Origin: Narcine bancroftii
Taxonomy: Eukaryota
Direction: 5' to 3'
NCBI RefSeq assembly: GCF_036971445.1
Contig: NC_091470.1
Location: 333,374,001-333,438,000 of the forward strand
DNA: 64,000 bases
The notes below the pieces were generated by a model. The model saw only the letters and a list, made by a program, of their open reading frames with translations. It was not told the DNA's origin and made no database searches. The translations under genes were made by a program, and so were the position numbers. Positions 13,325 through 25,381 of the stretch are shown piece by piece (within the stretch, counting starts at the first letter, position 1; every line of letters starts with the position of its first letter).

Positions 13325-13563
13325 TGTAGTGGTTGCATACTTACCTGCGTCAGGAAGAGAGTGAGAGTGTCAGGATCACCCATTGTGGCAGTGAGCCAGT
13401 GAGAAGGTCAGAGGAGTTTAGTTCGCTGGTGTTTGGGGAGTTGAAGAATGCAATGTTGTGTCTAGTGTATAATAAAAGAAAGTCAACTTTATGGTGTGCT
13501 GAAAGAAACGAGTGAGTGTAGTCTTTATTTGTTTGTTAGCAGTGGTAAATCAGTGCTGTTACA
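13325..13563 (+). mobile_element. Probable solo LTR
   Basis: TGTA...TACA termini, with an internal AATAAA followed by a GT-rich U5-like tract. Confidence 0.4.
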
Positions 13564-13844
13564 AGCCTTTTCACAAGGTAGGGGAGTCTAAACAAGATGG
13601 CATAGATATAAATTGAGAGGAGAATGATTTAAAAATGGCTTGAGGGGAAATTTTTCACCCTGAGGGTAATGAATATATGAAATAAGCTACCTGGAGGAAA
13701 AACTCTGTCTACCCAATCTATACCTTTCATAGTTTTATATTCTTCTATCAGATTGCCCCTCAGCCTCCAATGTTTTTGCAAAAACAATCCAAGTTTGCCT
13801 GACCTATTTGGATAGCTAATACACTCCAATCCTGGAAACTGAGA

Positions 13845-14610
13845 GAAATGTACAGTTGTACATTTTGACAGTGGAAACAAACAGGCAGAATACTATTTGG
13901 ATGGGGTGAAAATTCAGACCTCAGAAGCGCAAAGGGACCTGAGTGTCTTCATGCAAGGAAACCTAAAAGTTAATGACCAGGTGAAATTGGTAGAGAAGAA
14001 AGCGAATACTATGTTGGCATTCATTTCAAGAGAAAAGAGGTGTTGATGAGGCTCTATGGGGTACTGGTGAGACCTCATTTGGAGTACTGTGTGCAGTTTT
14101 GCCCCCCCCCCCATCTTAGAAAGGATGTGATGTTATTGGAGAGGGTGCAGAGGAGATTTTCTAGGATGATTCCCAGAATTCAAGGGCTAATGTATGAGAA
14201 GCGTTTGGTAGCTCTTGGGTTGTATTCATTGGAGCATTGGAGAATGAGATGAGATCTCATAGAGGCATTTCATATTTTGAAAGATTTAGATAGGGTGGAT
14301 GCAGGTGAGTGAATTGAGGACAAGGGGTCGTAGTCTGAAAATTAGAGGTTATCCACATAAAACAGAGATTAGGAAGAACTTATTTAGCCAGAGGTTTGTG
14401 GATCTTTTGAACTCGCTGCCGCATACAGCAGTGGAAGCCAGATCACTGGGAGTATTTAAACAAGAAATAGACAAGTATCTCATTAGTGAGGGCATCAAGG
14501 GATATGGGGAAAAGGCCGGAAATTGGAACTAGTGTAGAGTAGCTTAGTGTAGATTTTCGGAACAGACTTGATGGGCCTAGTGGCCGCCTTCTGTTTCTTT
14601 GTCTTGTGAC
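13845..14610 (+). mobile_element. CR1 LINE 3' fragment
   Basis: LYGVLVRPHLEYCVQF...LERVQRRFSRMIP and RTRGRSLKI...FSQRFVDLLNSLP are CR1 ORF2 C-terminal motifs. Flanked by opposite-strand CR1 pieces. Confidence 0.85.
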
Positions 14611-15536
14611 CTTGTGAATCTCTTCTGCACCCTCTCCAAAGCCTCCACATCCTTCCTATAATAGGGTGATCAGAACTACACCAAATACCCAAATATGGCT
14701 TAACTAAATTGATTTTACAGCTGCAAAAATAAATTCCCAACTTTTATAGTGTCTAAAATGAAGGCAAACCCATCCACTTTTGTAGCCCTCTTTCAGGGAG
14801 TTATGGGTTTATACCTCAAAATCACTCTCCACACAAGCCTTTTTCCTCATTTGACCTCGCAAAATGCACCACCTCACACTTGTCCAGATTAAACTCTGCC
14901 ATTTCTCTGCTCAAATTTCCAGCTGATTTATGATCTGCTCTCTACTTTGACTACTTTCCACAACTCCACCAAATTTCATGTCATCTGCAAACTTTCGAAT
15001 CGGTTAACATGCATTTTACTCCAGATCATTTATATAATGTCGCAAGCAACAGGGATCCAGAAATAATCCTTGTTGTTATAGATCTCCAGTCAGAGAAACA
15101 CCCCTCTCCCCCCACCCCCCCCCCCCCCCCCGCTCACCATCAGTACCCTCTGTTTTCTAAGACAAGCCAGTGTGGTATTCAACTTTACCAGCACAATACA
15201 ATTGTTCTGGTTACTGGGCTACTATGAGGTACCTTGTCAAATGCTTTATTAAAGCCATGGAGACACCATTCACTGTTTTGCATTAATAAATATTCTTTTG
15301 TCACTACCTCAAAAAATTAGATCACATTTGTGGGACAGTACCACCTCTGAACAAAACCATGCTAACTGGAAAGGTTAATACTTTTCCAAATGTGAGTAAA
15401 TTCTGCGCCCATAAATCTACTCCAAAACCTTTCTTCCCACTGATGTAAGACCATCAAAGGTTCTTAACTTGTCAAGAGAAGAAATGTCAGATTCTTTGCT
15501 CTAAATGGTAAAACAGTTCTTTGAGTTTTGGAGGGT

Positions 15537-15782
15537 CGTACAGTTGGCATAGCAGTTAGCACAGCGCCTTTACAGTGCCAGCAATCGGGATCAGGATTCA
15601 AATCCCGCAACTCCCGTAAGGAGTTTGTATGATCTTCCTCTGTCTGCGAGGATTTTTCTTGGGGTTCTGGTTTCCTCCCACTGTTCAAAACATATCGGGG
15701 GTGTAGGTTAATTGGGTGTAAATTGAGTGGCATGGACTCTTGGGTCGAAATGGCTGGTTAGCATGCAATATGTCTAAATAAA
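15537..15782 (+). mobile_element. tRNA-derived SINE
   Basis: A box (tggcatagcagttagc) and B box (ggattcaaatccc), followed by the conserved ggagtttgta...ggtttcctccca core. Confidence 0.75.
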
Positions 15783-16429
15783 TCCCTCATTCAAAATTTC
15801 CCAGGCAAAGGGAAACATCTTTCCTCCAACTATCTGTGAAGCCTCTTCAGAGTGTTATATTTAAAATTTGCAGAACATTGGCCTGTTCTATTCAGTCTCA
15901 CCTTGTTCACCAGCCCCATCAATCCAGCAAATAGTTTGTACTCCCTTAAACCTTGCTTGGGTGGAAAACTTAAAATGCATTGAAAACTCAAATTGTGATC
16001 ATGCCAAGTACCTGTTTAAATACCGTTAGTCTTCTTAATCCTTCTTGGTGAATCTCTATACCAAGGGCTGACATTCAATGGCTTTCTTAACTACTATAAT
16101 TCTTGTGCAATACCACAAGCTCCCTCTGAATACTGTTTTTTCCAGTTTCTTCTCAAATTCACCAATGCTTTACTATTTTAGTAAGGTAGATAATTTTGGT
16201 TTTCTTTAATTGAGAACAGCACCACGTGTAGCTCCCTCTTCCAGTCGTGCACCGACACAGCTTGGAAATGTATCACTATTCGTACATTACGGCTGGTTGT
16301 AAAACTCTGCATGAACACTGACCTCCAAAGAACTGCAGCATTTTGGGGAACCTATTCCCTACAACCTTCTCTGGCACAGTTATAGACACAGGCCTTGCCA
16401 TCTTCACATATTTTTAGATAAGTAAAGTT

Positions 16430-16660
16430 CACAGTCTCACCGTGTTCATCTCTTGCCACGATCCTACTGTGCTCATCTCTCCCCACAATCCCACCATATC
16501 CATCTCTCACTGTGATCCCACCATGCCCATCTCACACAGCGATCCCACCACAACCATCTCTCACCAACATCCCACTGTGCTCACCACTTACCATGATCCC
16601 ACAGTTCCCATCTCTCATCATGATCCCACTGTGCCCATTCTCTCACCACAATCCCATTGT
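16430..16660. repeat. Minisatellite, about 9 degenerate units of about 24 bp
   Basis: Recurrent catctctcacc(a/g)cgatcccactgtgcc unit, which produces the repetitive ISHHDPTV pseudo-ORF. Confidence 0.85.
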
Positions 16661-17705
16661 GTCTGGCCAGCCCCATCACTGACCAGAGCCAATGTGCTAT
16701 CAGAGTAGGTCACAGGTTTGGTGTCATTGCAGCAATTTGGGTGGCTGGGGACTTCATTTTGGAGCAGGGGTGGAATAGGCAGTTACCATATTTAGTGCTT
16801 AAATAGAATCTGACTTGCTGCAGTTTCCTAGTTACACGAAGCACACTAACATAGATTAAGTATAATAAAGATGATACAAAGACAAAAAAATATAAATATA
16901 ACAAGAGAGCATGAAACAGAATGATGTTGTGCCGATCTATATCAACCTACTCCATGATAAACCTAACCATTCCCTCCAGTTTTCTTTCATCATTGTGTCA
17001 ATCCAAGAGCCTGTTAATGTCCCTGCTGTACCAGCCTCCTCCACCAATGCATTCCGGACACCCACCATTACCTGTGTTTTAAAAAATAGCTACCCCTGAT
17101 ATCTCCCTTCTACCTTCCTCCACTCACCTAGATGTCCTCTGCTATTGGCCAATGCTCCTCTTGATGTAAGGTGCTTGCTGTCCACTTTATCTAATCCTCT
17201 CATAATCTTATTATCAGGTACCCTCTCATCTTCCATCACTCCAAAGAGAAAAGCCCAAGCTCACTCGATTTTTCTCATAAAATTGCATTACTAATCCAGC
17301 CAGCATCCTAGTAAATCTCCTCTGCAACCTCTCCAATCCTTCCACATCCTTCCATTAATGAGGCGACCAGAACTTAAAACCATACTCTGTGTGGTCTAAC
17401 CAGAAAAGAAATAATAAATATTCACAGTTGGTTGGGTGCCAATGCATAGAATATATCTGCCAGTGTCACAGACAGATCTTTGATAATCTAGTAATAGTGT
17501 TATGGTTCAAGTGATACAGGAAAGGGAATCGGCTAGTTTGCATATTTTCACTGCATTGTAGAGAAGAGTTTACGAATTTGGTAATGACAGAAATTAATAT
17601 CCTTTGGATGTGCTGGGAGTCCTGGGGCCATTTGGCAGGAAGAAGGGAAGTGGGGAAGAGGCAAATATGGAGGTTGCACATTAAATGTTCTTTTTGGTTG
17701 ACCAG

Positions 17706-17963
17706 GTGATTGAGTTTGTGTGTGCACAACTGGACACGAGCAATTTTACCACTGAGATGGTTCATCAATTAATTCAGAAATACAATTTTGAAATTTTAAG
17801 TCACCAAGGCTCTATTGTCAAGATCAAAGGCTCTTTCTCTTCATTGAAGCAGCTTCGGAATAAACTTATGGACTTGATTATCAGTCGCCCTATGCCATTG
17901 ACCAACAACCAGAGGCACAACGGAATTGCTGCATCTCTTCCACCTGGATTTTTTGAAATTTGA
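17706..17963 (+). CDS. rbm43: RBM43-like gene, exon 4 (to TGA, possibly premature)
   Basis: Acceptor tttttggttgaccag, phase 0. VIEFVCAQLDTSNF...IVKIKGSFSSLKQLRNKL resembles the post-RRM GSF..L..LR segment of RBM43. The four exons total 591 nt, giving 196 aa plus stop. Confidence 0.7.
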   Translation: MIEFVCAQLDTSNFTTEMVHQLIQKYNFEILSHQGSIVKIKGSFSSLKQLRNKLMDLIISRPMPLTNNQRHNGIAASLPPGFFEI

Positions 17964-18533
17964 GACAACAGTTATCTCTAGTAGAAGCATAGATTCATGA
18001 ACACCCAATGAGGCTTCTGATAACTGCATTGGCCAACCTGTCTGGGATGTAAAATCAAGGAATTCTATGGTGGGTATTCTTTTTGCAAAGAGCAATAATT
18101 TTCCTTTTATCCTCATCTTCTTAAATCTGTAACTAATGCCACCAACACTGGAAATGTATCTCCCAGGGCATGAGCACGATGAAGCTGATTGTTTGACGTA
18201 AGAACAGTGCGTATTAAAATGAACAATGGAAGCAAATTCTTAATTTAGCCCAGTACCTGGAAGTTATGGCATGTTTGGTTTCATAATTCCTTTCAGGACT
18301 TCTCTGGACTCACTTAAAACCTTATTTTGTGAATCATTTGTACCCAAAGTGAACAGTGGCTAGTTGCCCTTGATGCAGGGCCCATGTTGATTGCCTATTT
18401 GCACATACCATAAGTCATTTGAAAAAGCATTGGCATCATCACATCCAAGTATAAAGGAATCAAAGTGATGCCAATAATCTACATGTTTAGATTATTTAAA
18501 TTTTATTTTCTGGTAGTCTATACACTCAGTCTT

Positions 18534-19508
18534 TATTTTTAATTTAAAAAAAAATCACACTATGAACCATATTAATCAAAATACACACAAACATTTCCCT
18601 CTTGAATATACACAGTGTCATTTTCTCCCCTTTTTCCCCCTTTCCTTCCCTCCCTCCTTCCCACACCCCCCCTCCAAACCCATTAAACGTTCAACATATA
18701 GAATACAATAAACCCATTGAACAATGTCACCACACAATGAAAATAAACAAGAAAATTGTGTCATCTACTTTTACACACTGGGTCAGTTCATTTAATCTTC
18801 TTCTCATTCTATCATTTTAGGGGGTGGAGGTCCACGGTAGGCCCTCTCTGTTGTGTTCCATGTACGATTCCCAAATTTGTTCAAATAATGTGACTTTATT
18901 TTTTAAATTATATGTTATTTTTTCCAATGGAATACATTTATTCATTTCCATGTACCATTGCTGTACTCTCAGGCTCTCTTCTGATTTCCAAGTTGACATT
19001 ATACATTTTTTTTGCTACAGCTAAGGCTATCATAATAAATCTTTTTTGTGCTTCATCCAAATTGAGGCCTAGTTCTTTACTTCTTATATTACTTTGAAGA
19101 AAGATCTCTGGATTTTTTGGTATGTTGCTTTTTGTGATTTTATTTAATACCTGATTTAGATCTTCCCAAAACTTTTCCACTTTCTCACATGCCCAAATTG
19201 CATGTACTGTTGTTCCCGTTTCCTTCTTACAGCAAAAACATCTATCTAATACTGTTGGGTCCCATTTATTTAACTTTTGGGGCGTGGTGTATAGCCTGTC
19301 TAACCAATTATATTGTATCATGTGTAACCTCATATTTATTATATTTCTCATAGTTCCGGAGCATAGGCTTTTCCCATATTTCATTTTTTATCTTTATGTT
19401 TAGATCTTGTTCCCACTTTTGTTTGGGTTTACGGCTTATTTCATCGTTCTCTTTCTCTTGCAGCTTGATGTACATGTTTGTTATAAATCTTTTAATTATC
19501 ATTGTGTC
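18534..19508 (-). mobile_element. 5'-truncated L1/Tx1-type LINE with 13-bp TSD
   Basis: TSD tacactcagtctt at 18521-18533 and 19509-19521. ORF2 C-terminal zinc knuckle (CFCCKKETGTTVHAIWAC). T-rich tail at the left end. Confidence 0.9.
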
Positions 19509-21124
19509 TACACTCAGTCTTGATGTATGGTCTCAACCAGAAATGTAAACTATCACTGCCTCCACAGATGCTGCTTGGCCTGCTGAAGTTTTGCTCCTGT
19601 AGTGGCAGGAGAAGTCTTTAGAAAATAAGTTGCAGTGTGGAGATTGGAATACAAGTTGGATGGTTTGCCTTTTGAAGACTACGTGTCTTCTGCATAGATA
19701 ACCTTCTGCCAACAGTCAGGCAAGATGGTTTAAATTTTAGATTCAACAAGGAAAAGTAATGGGCTACTGTCTTTACTTCTTTGGCTACTTATGTGCTCTG
19801 TGATTTCAATAACATACATCACAAAATACTTTCCAAAGCAATGCTATTGAACCAAGCCTTTGATGTGGTTACATATTCATAAGCTTTAGGCAAGCTGGAA
19901 GGAGCCTAAAGAGGAAGCAATAATGACCACGGGGCTAGTTTGTGTTGATACCTCCTGCTACATGATGGTATCCTTAATCAATCATGTCTTTAAATAATTG
20001 TGCAAATCTATCACTATCTATTAATAATAAAAAAGATGCAAATAAAGATACTTGGAAAGACTCATTTTGCTTGAAGCAATTAGAGCCACTCTCATGAACC
20101 ACTGCACTCCTGGTAACTGGTAATGGTAATCCCTAACACTGCTGACCAGAGAATTCCAGGATTAGACACAGTGATGATAAAGGACCTATTTACTATCAGA
20201 AAGTTGTACAGTGTGGATGGGAACCTGCAGCTGAAGGTGCTCCCATGCATCATTGCCTTTCTTGGTGGCAGAGCTGGTAGTTGGGAAGGAGCTGTTGGTG
20301 TATCCTGCTGTGCAATTTGTAGCCATTATGTGTCTACAGTGGAAGGAATGACTGTTACAGTGGTGGAGAGGGTACCAATCAAGTGGGCTGCCTTGCTCTA
20401 CATAGTACAGTAAAACTCCAGGCATCCAGCACCTATGGAGATTGGTAGATACCGGATCAGTGTATTTTCCGGTTGCTTGAGGCTTACTCTTACAAGACCT
20501 AACTAATATACCTGCATTAAGAATGAACAATTTAAAAGACAAAAATACTCTACTTCATTCTGGGTGAAAACATTGCTGTTTCGCGCAACTTTATTTAAAC
20601 AACAGCTCCACTGGCTTACTATTTGTTCCCATCTTCACCAAAGTTTATATGTCACTTTAGAGAACTTTTACTTTTACAATTTTAAACTTACATCTTTTTT
20701 ATCTATTATTTTATTCTTATTTTTTTCTTCATTGTTTTTTTCTGGTGTTGAGGCTGTTGGTTGCTTGAATTCCAGATACCAGAGGTTTTACTGTATTCCA
20801 CTCAAAAGCTGACAATCAATGTGATACTATCGTTAGAACCAGCACCTCACAAAAGAAAGTCCCATCATGTTATGTTTTGCTGAGGTCAGATTCTCCCACA
20901 GGGCAGTATGTTGACTATTGATCACGGAGCAATTCCACTAAGTTGTCTTCAATTCTGTGAACTAATATAAATGCAACTTTGAAAGCTGTGCTGGGGAATT
21001 GAGGTCATGATTTTGTAAATATGTTCTCTTTTTTAATAATATATAAAGGTGGGATTTCCCATAGCACACGTGGAATGTCCAATTCCATGATCATGTCTGC
21101 TTCTAATGTTAGAGTTTATAATTT

Positions 21125-21350
21125 AATTTTAAATTTAGAAATACAGGCCATTTTGGCCCACAAGTCCGTGCCACCCAATTTACACCCAATTATCCTACAA
21201 CTCCGATACATTTCGAATGGTAGGAGGAAACCAGAACACCCGGGGAAAACCCACACAGACATGGGGAGAATGTACAAACTCCTTGCAGACAGTGCGGGAT
21301 TCGAACCTCAATCCTGATCGTTGTTGCTGTAAAGGCAAACCATGCAGCCC
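21125..21350 (-). mobile_element. tRNA-derived SINE (reverse)
   Basis: Reverse complement of the SINE family at 15537 and 39005 (ggttcgaatcccgcactgtctgcaaggagtttgtac). Confidence 0.75.
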
Positions 21351-22284
21351 TAGTCATCGTTCTCGAGTGAGAAGAGCACTGATGGATGATGGAGTGGCAG
21401 AAATGCAATTGACTGTGGGACAGAAAGAAAGGAGAAATCCATAAAACTGATCTATTGGGTCATCTTTGTCTGCAGCTGGCCATATTCCAACAAAAGTCAT
21501 CTGTTCAGAGTGGCTTTAGAGTGCTACATCTCTGGTAAGCTAATACATAATTAAACAGCACTAAGTAACCGTTTTATTAGAACATTGGGTTCATTGGCTT
21601 TGTTTCTTCTTGCAGAACTCAATTGAAATCCTGGCTAACCCAGTAATGCCAAGTTTCTGGAGGTCTTGGCAGACAGTTAAAATGGTCCATCTGGGAGCTG
21701 TGCAATCCAGTTCCAGATCTTTCAAATGGACAACACACCTGCTATGAATGAACAGATTTTTTCCTCCTGCCTACTTCTTTAAAGCAGCACACACAATTAA
21801 CTAAAATGAAGAAAACTGAAATATTAAAAGGATAATGTACCTTGCTCATCCTGTTCCCCAGTCAGTCCATCTGCATGTAAACTCTAGGTTTGTGTTGGAG
21901 ATAATGATTAGACTATATAGCTCTTCAAGTCAGCTCCGCCTCATAAAAATCATGACTTATCTTCAACCTCATTGCTCTTTTCCTGCTCTATCACAAAATC
22001 AATTGATTTACTTCGTACCTTGAAATCTGTCAATCTTCATTTCGAATGAACGTAAAGACTAACCTTCCACAACCATTCAGGTCTAAAGGTTCATCACTCG
22101 CTGAATGAAAAAAATATTCTCCTTATCTCAATCCTAGGGTCTCTCTCCCTGATTTGGGCTATGATATTTGCCCTTGAGGCCCTGCCTCAACTATTATGGA
22201 TGGAGTATTCCCTCCCATGATTTTGAATGCTCGTTTAGTTCAACATAGCTTCAAATTCAAAGATCAGTGTTAGACTTGTTAGAC

Positions 22285-22802
22285 AATTTCAGATTTATTG
22301 TCAGAGTACGTACATGACATCACATACAACCTTGAGATTCTTTTTTCTGCGGACAAGGCAGAATTACCACTTATTGGTAGTGCAAAAAAAATTGTACACA
22401 GTGTATATATGTAAACAAATAAAGAACTGTAAACAGATAATGAATTTAAACAAACCGACTGTGCAATACAGAGAGAATTTTAAAAAATCAATAAAGTGCA
22501 CAAGTAAGAGTCCTGATTAAATTTGTTGTTGAAGAATTTGATGGTGGAGGGGTAGCAGCTGTTCCCGAACCTGGTGGTGCGAGTGTTGTGACTCCTGTAC
22601 CTCTTTCCTGATGGCAGCAGTGAGAACAGAGCATGTGGTGTGAATCCTTGATGATTGCTGCTGCTGTCCGCTCGCAGTAGATGTACTCAATAGTGGGGAG
22701 GGTTTTGCCTGTGATGTCCTGGGCTGTGTCCACTACCCTTTGCAGGAATTTACATTCAGGGGCACTGGTGTCCCCATACCAGACTGTGATGCAGCCAGTC
22801 AT
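22285..22802 (-). mobile_element. Rex1/Babar-like LINE 3' end
   Basis: TGCITVWYG...LQRVVDTAQDITG..LPTIE is a C-terminal ORF2 motif, followed by a 3' tail (aataaatctga...). Confidence 0.75.
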
Positions 22803-24149
22803 GGTCAGGATTATTTGTGTGAGGTAGGGAAAAAAAAATTAGATGGTGGTGGAGTAGGTTTACATAAGGTTGACACCACCGTGGGATGAATGACCTATAA
22901 TGTTCTATGTTCTATTATTTGTGAAACTTATTGTTGAGATTTCAATAACCATATTCAGATAACCAGATGTGCTGTCTGTGTTTATGCAAATAGGAGTGGA
23001 ACTGAAAGGAGGGCATATTGCAGAGACCCTGGCCTCCGATTTAGGGATGTTGTCTCAGGATTGAAAACTGTAAATATTGCCCCATTGTTCAAAGAAAAGG
23101 GTGCAAGAATGAATTCAATTAAAAAAAAATTAACCTAAGTGATAGGGGAATGTTCCAGAAACATTCAGGGAGATGATTAAAAGAAGCCATTTGGACAAGT
23201 GCAGATTGATTAGAGACAGCTAACATGGATTTGTTAAAACCAAACTGTCTTCCAACTAATAGTGGGTTGATTATTTTTATTCTCTTTGGGATGTAGGCAT
23301 TACTGTCAACATTACAATTTAAAGTTCCTTCATAAAGCAGGTGAGTATTGGAGACAGTTTCATTTGTAGTGTTCAAAAGGGAGTTGAAGGAAAGGAATTG
23401 GCAAAAAAAATGGAGATTGGACTAAAGTGGCGTGATGAAGATCTGGACCGGGTTCCACAGATTGAAGTCTCCTGCATGCTGAAATCTTTCTGTGACTCCA
23501 TGATTTGCAATATGCTTACAGTAGGTCCTCCCACCTCACTGACAAAAGGCAAAGGAGGAAAAACCCAACACCCAACCCCAACCAACCAATTTTCCCCTGC
23601 AGCCGCTGAAACCGTGTCGGCCTGTCCCGCATCGGACTTGTCATCCACAAACGAGCCTGCAGCTGACGTGGACTTTTACCCCCTCCATAAATCTTCGTCC
23701 GCGAAGCCAAGCCAAAGACAGTAGGTCCTGCAGAGTTTGCACACAGATTAACTCTGTGCCACTTTCTGAGAGACACATAATGGTTTAGATGCAACACACA
23801 CCCATGATGGCACAATATTGATTGTCTACAGACGTGTCAATTTACAAAACCCCAGTAAACCTACTAGTCAGTAACCATCTCTACCCTCATAAAATTGTCC
23901 CAGCATTGGACTTGTACGTTAGGTGCAGAGTTGTGCTTCTTCCACTTTGTCCCATCAGACACTTAAAGTCAGATAGAATGTATGTTTTATATCAGACAAA
24001 TCTTCTATAAAGTTCCACTAAACATATATTTGTATTTCCAGTAGAAGACAAAAAAAAATTGCCAGAAATTTTCAGGAATCAAACATATAGTGAGAATGAG
24101 AAACTGTAGGAAATATGTAGTCAAAAAATGTTTACTGGAGAAATTGAAG

Positions 24150-24860
24150 AACTTGAAAACCAACAAATCCTAGATTGATGAGTTTTGAAATAAGTGGCTA
24201 TGTAGATGAGAGATTCTCTAGTTAGCATCTTCCAAAATTCTACAGTACATGCCTGTGGATCGGACAACAAAAATGTGATCCCTCAGTTTCAGAAAGGAGA
24301 GGTGGGGGGGGGGGGGGTGGGGGGGGTGAGGTGCAGAAAACAAAGAAACCAATCAGTCAGCCTGACGTCAAAAGTTGCCTGTAATCCATTAATCCATTGT
24401 GGTGTAATCTACATAACATCTTGAAACAGAAGCCAATCAGCCTGACATCAGAAGTAGTGCTGTTATCTATAATGCTGTTATCTACAGAATATCTTGAAAA
24501 CAACAATAGGATTGAGCAGATTCAGCATGGATTCTGAAAGTGGCATCCTATTTGACAAATTTGCCAATGTTTTTTGAGCAGGTGAAAAGTAGAATAGATC
24601 AAGTGGATGTGGAGTATTTGAATATTCTCAAGGCTTTTGATGGGATCCCACATAGGAGGCTGATCAAAAAGGTTAGTGCACATGGGATTGGGGATAATGA
24701 CACGGATTGAGAAATGCTTGTTGGACAGAGAGCAAACAGTAAGAAGATAGAATCTTCCAAAGGTTGGCAACAAGTGAGGTAACTCAGTAATCAGTGATTG
24801 GGCTCAGTTATTCCTGATTTATGATAATTTGGCTGAGGCGACCAAGTTTGCTGATGTTCC
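24150..24860 (+). mobile_element. Degenerate CR1 RT region (host of the nested insertions; resumes after 36074)
   Basis: CR1 motifs: cagcatggatt (QHGF), aaggcttttgat (KAFD), aagtttgctgat (KFAD) directly before the LTR start. Confidence 0.7.
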
Positions 24861-25381
24861 TGTTGTGTGTGAAAGAAACGTGGCCTCCCTGCCTCTGGAA
24901 TGTGGTCACATGTCCTCCTTGTCTGAAACTTATTTGGAAGTCACATCTTCTGTCAATCAAGGTTGGACTCTGGCCATTGGCTAATTTATATCTCCTAGGG
25001 TCATTATTGGCTAGAAGTAGTGATTTGAATTGTATAAAACATCGATGCATAGCACTTTTCTCTCTCTCTGCCTTGTGGTCTAAGCCCTAGATATTACTGT
25101 GGACATGGCTGGAAGTGTTGCAGGTAAGGTGTGCACTACACTGAACCGGAGCTGTAGTTTTGCGATGGATTAATACTTGCAGAGAGCTGCACCCCCATTG
25201 GTAAGGCTACAAGGTGTGTGTAAGAGTCCCCATTTGGAGAGGTCTCTTGCTGGCACTAGATGGAGTAAGACGATGAGAGCATCGCTATGACCATTTAAAA
25301 AAAATTCCCTTTTTCTAACAGCCACCAAAGTTAAATTAGACTGGCTCTCTTTGTAACAGTATTTCATTTTATTTTCAATGG

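Noticed and set aside
15537-15615. tRNA-like A/B box sequences (also 21290, 36810, 39005)
   Set aside because: These are SINE heads followed by a SINE core, not intact cloverleaf tRNA genes.
16430-16708. Repetitive ORF (ISHHDPTV)n or CRISPR-like array
   Set aside because: Degenerate contiguous minisatellite with no unique spacers, in a eukaryotic intron.
21420-21760. Donor (gtaagc at 21535) and acceptor (ttcttgcag at 21615) suggesting extra exons
   Set aside because: No recognisable coding frame. They could be UTR exons, but this cannot be supported without transcripts.
23341-23815. Overlapping 91-127 aa ORFs
   Set aside because: Probably a repeat-derived GC-rich fragment, with no identifiable motif.
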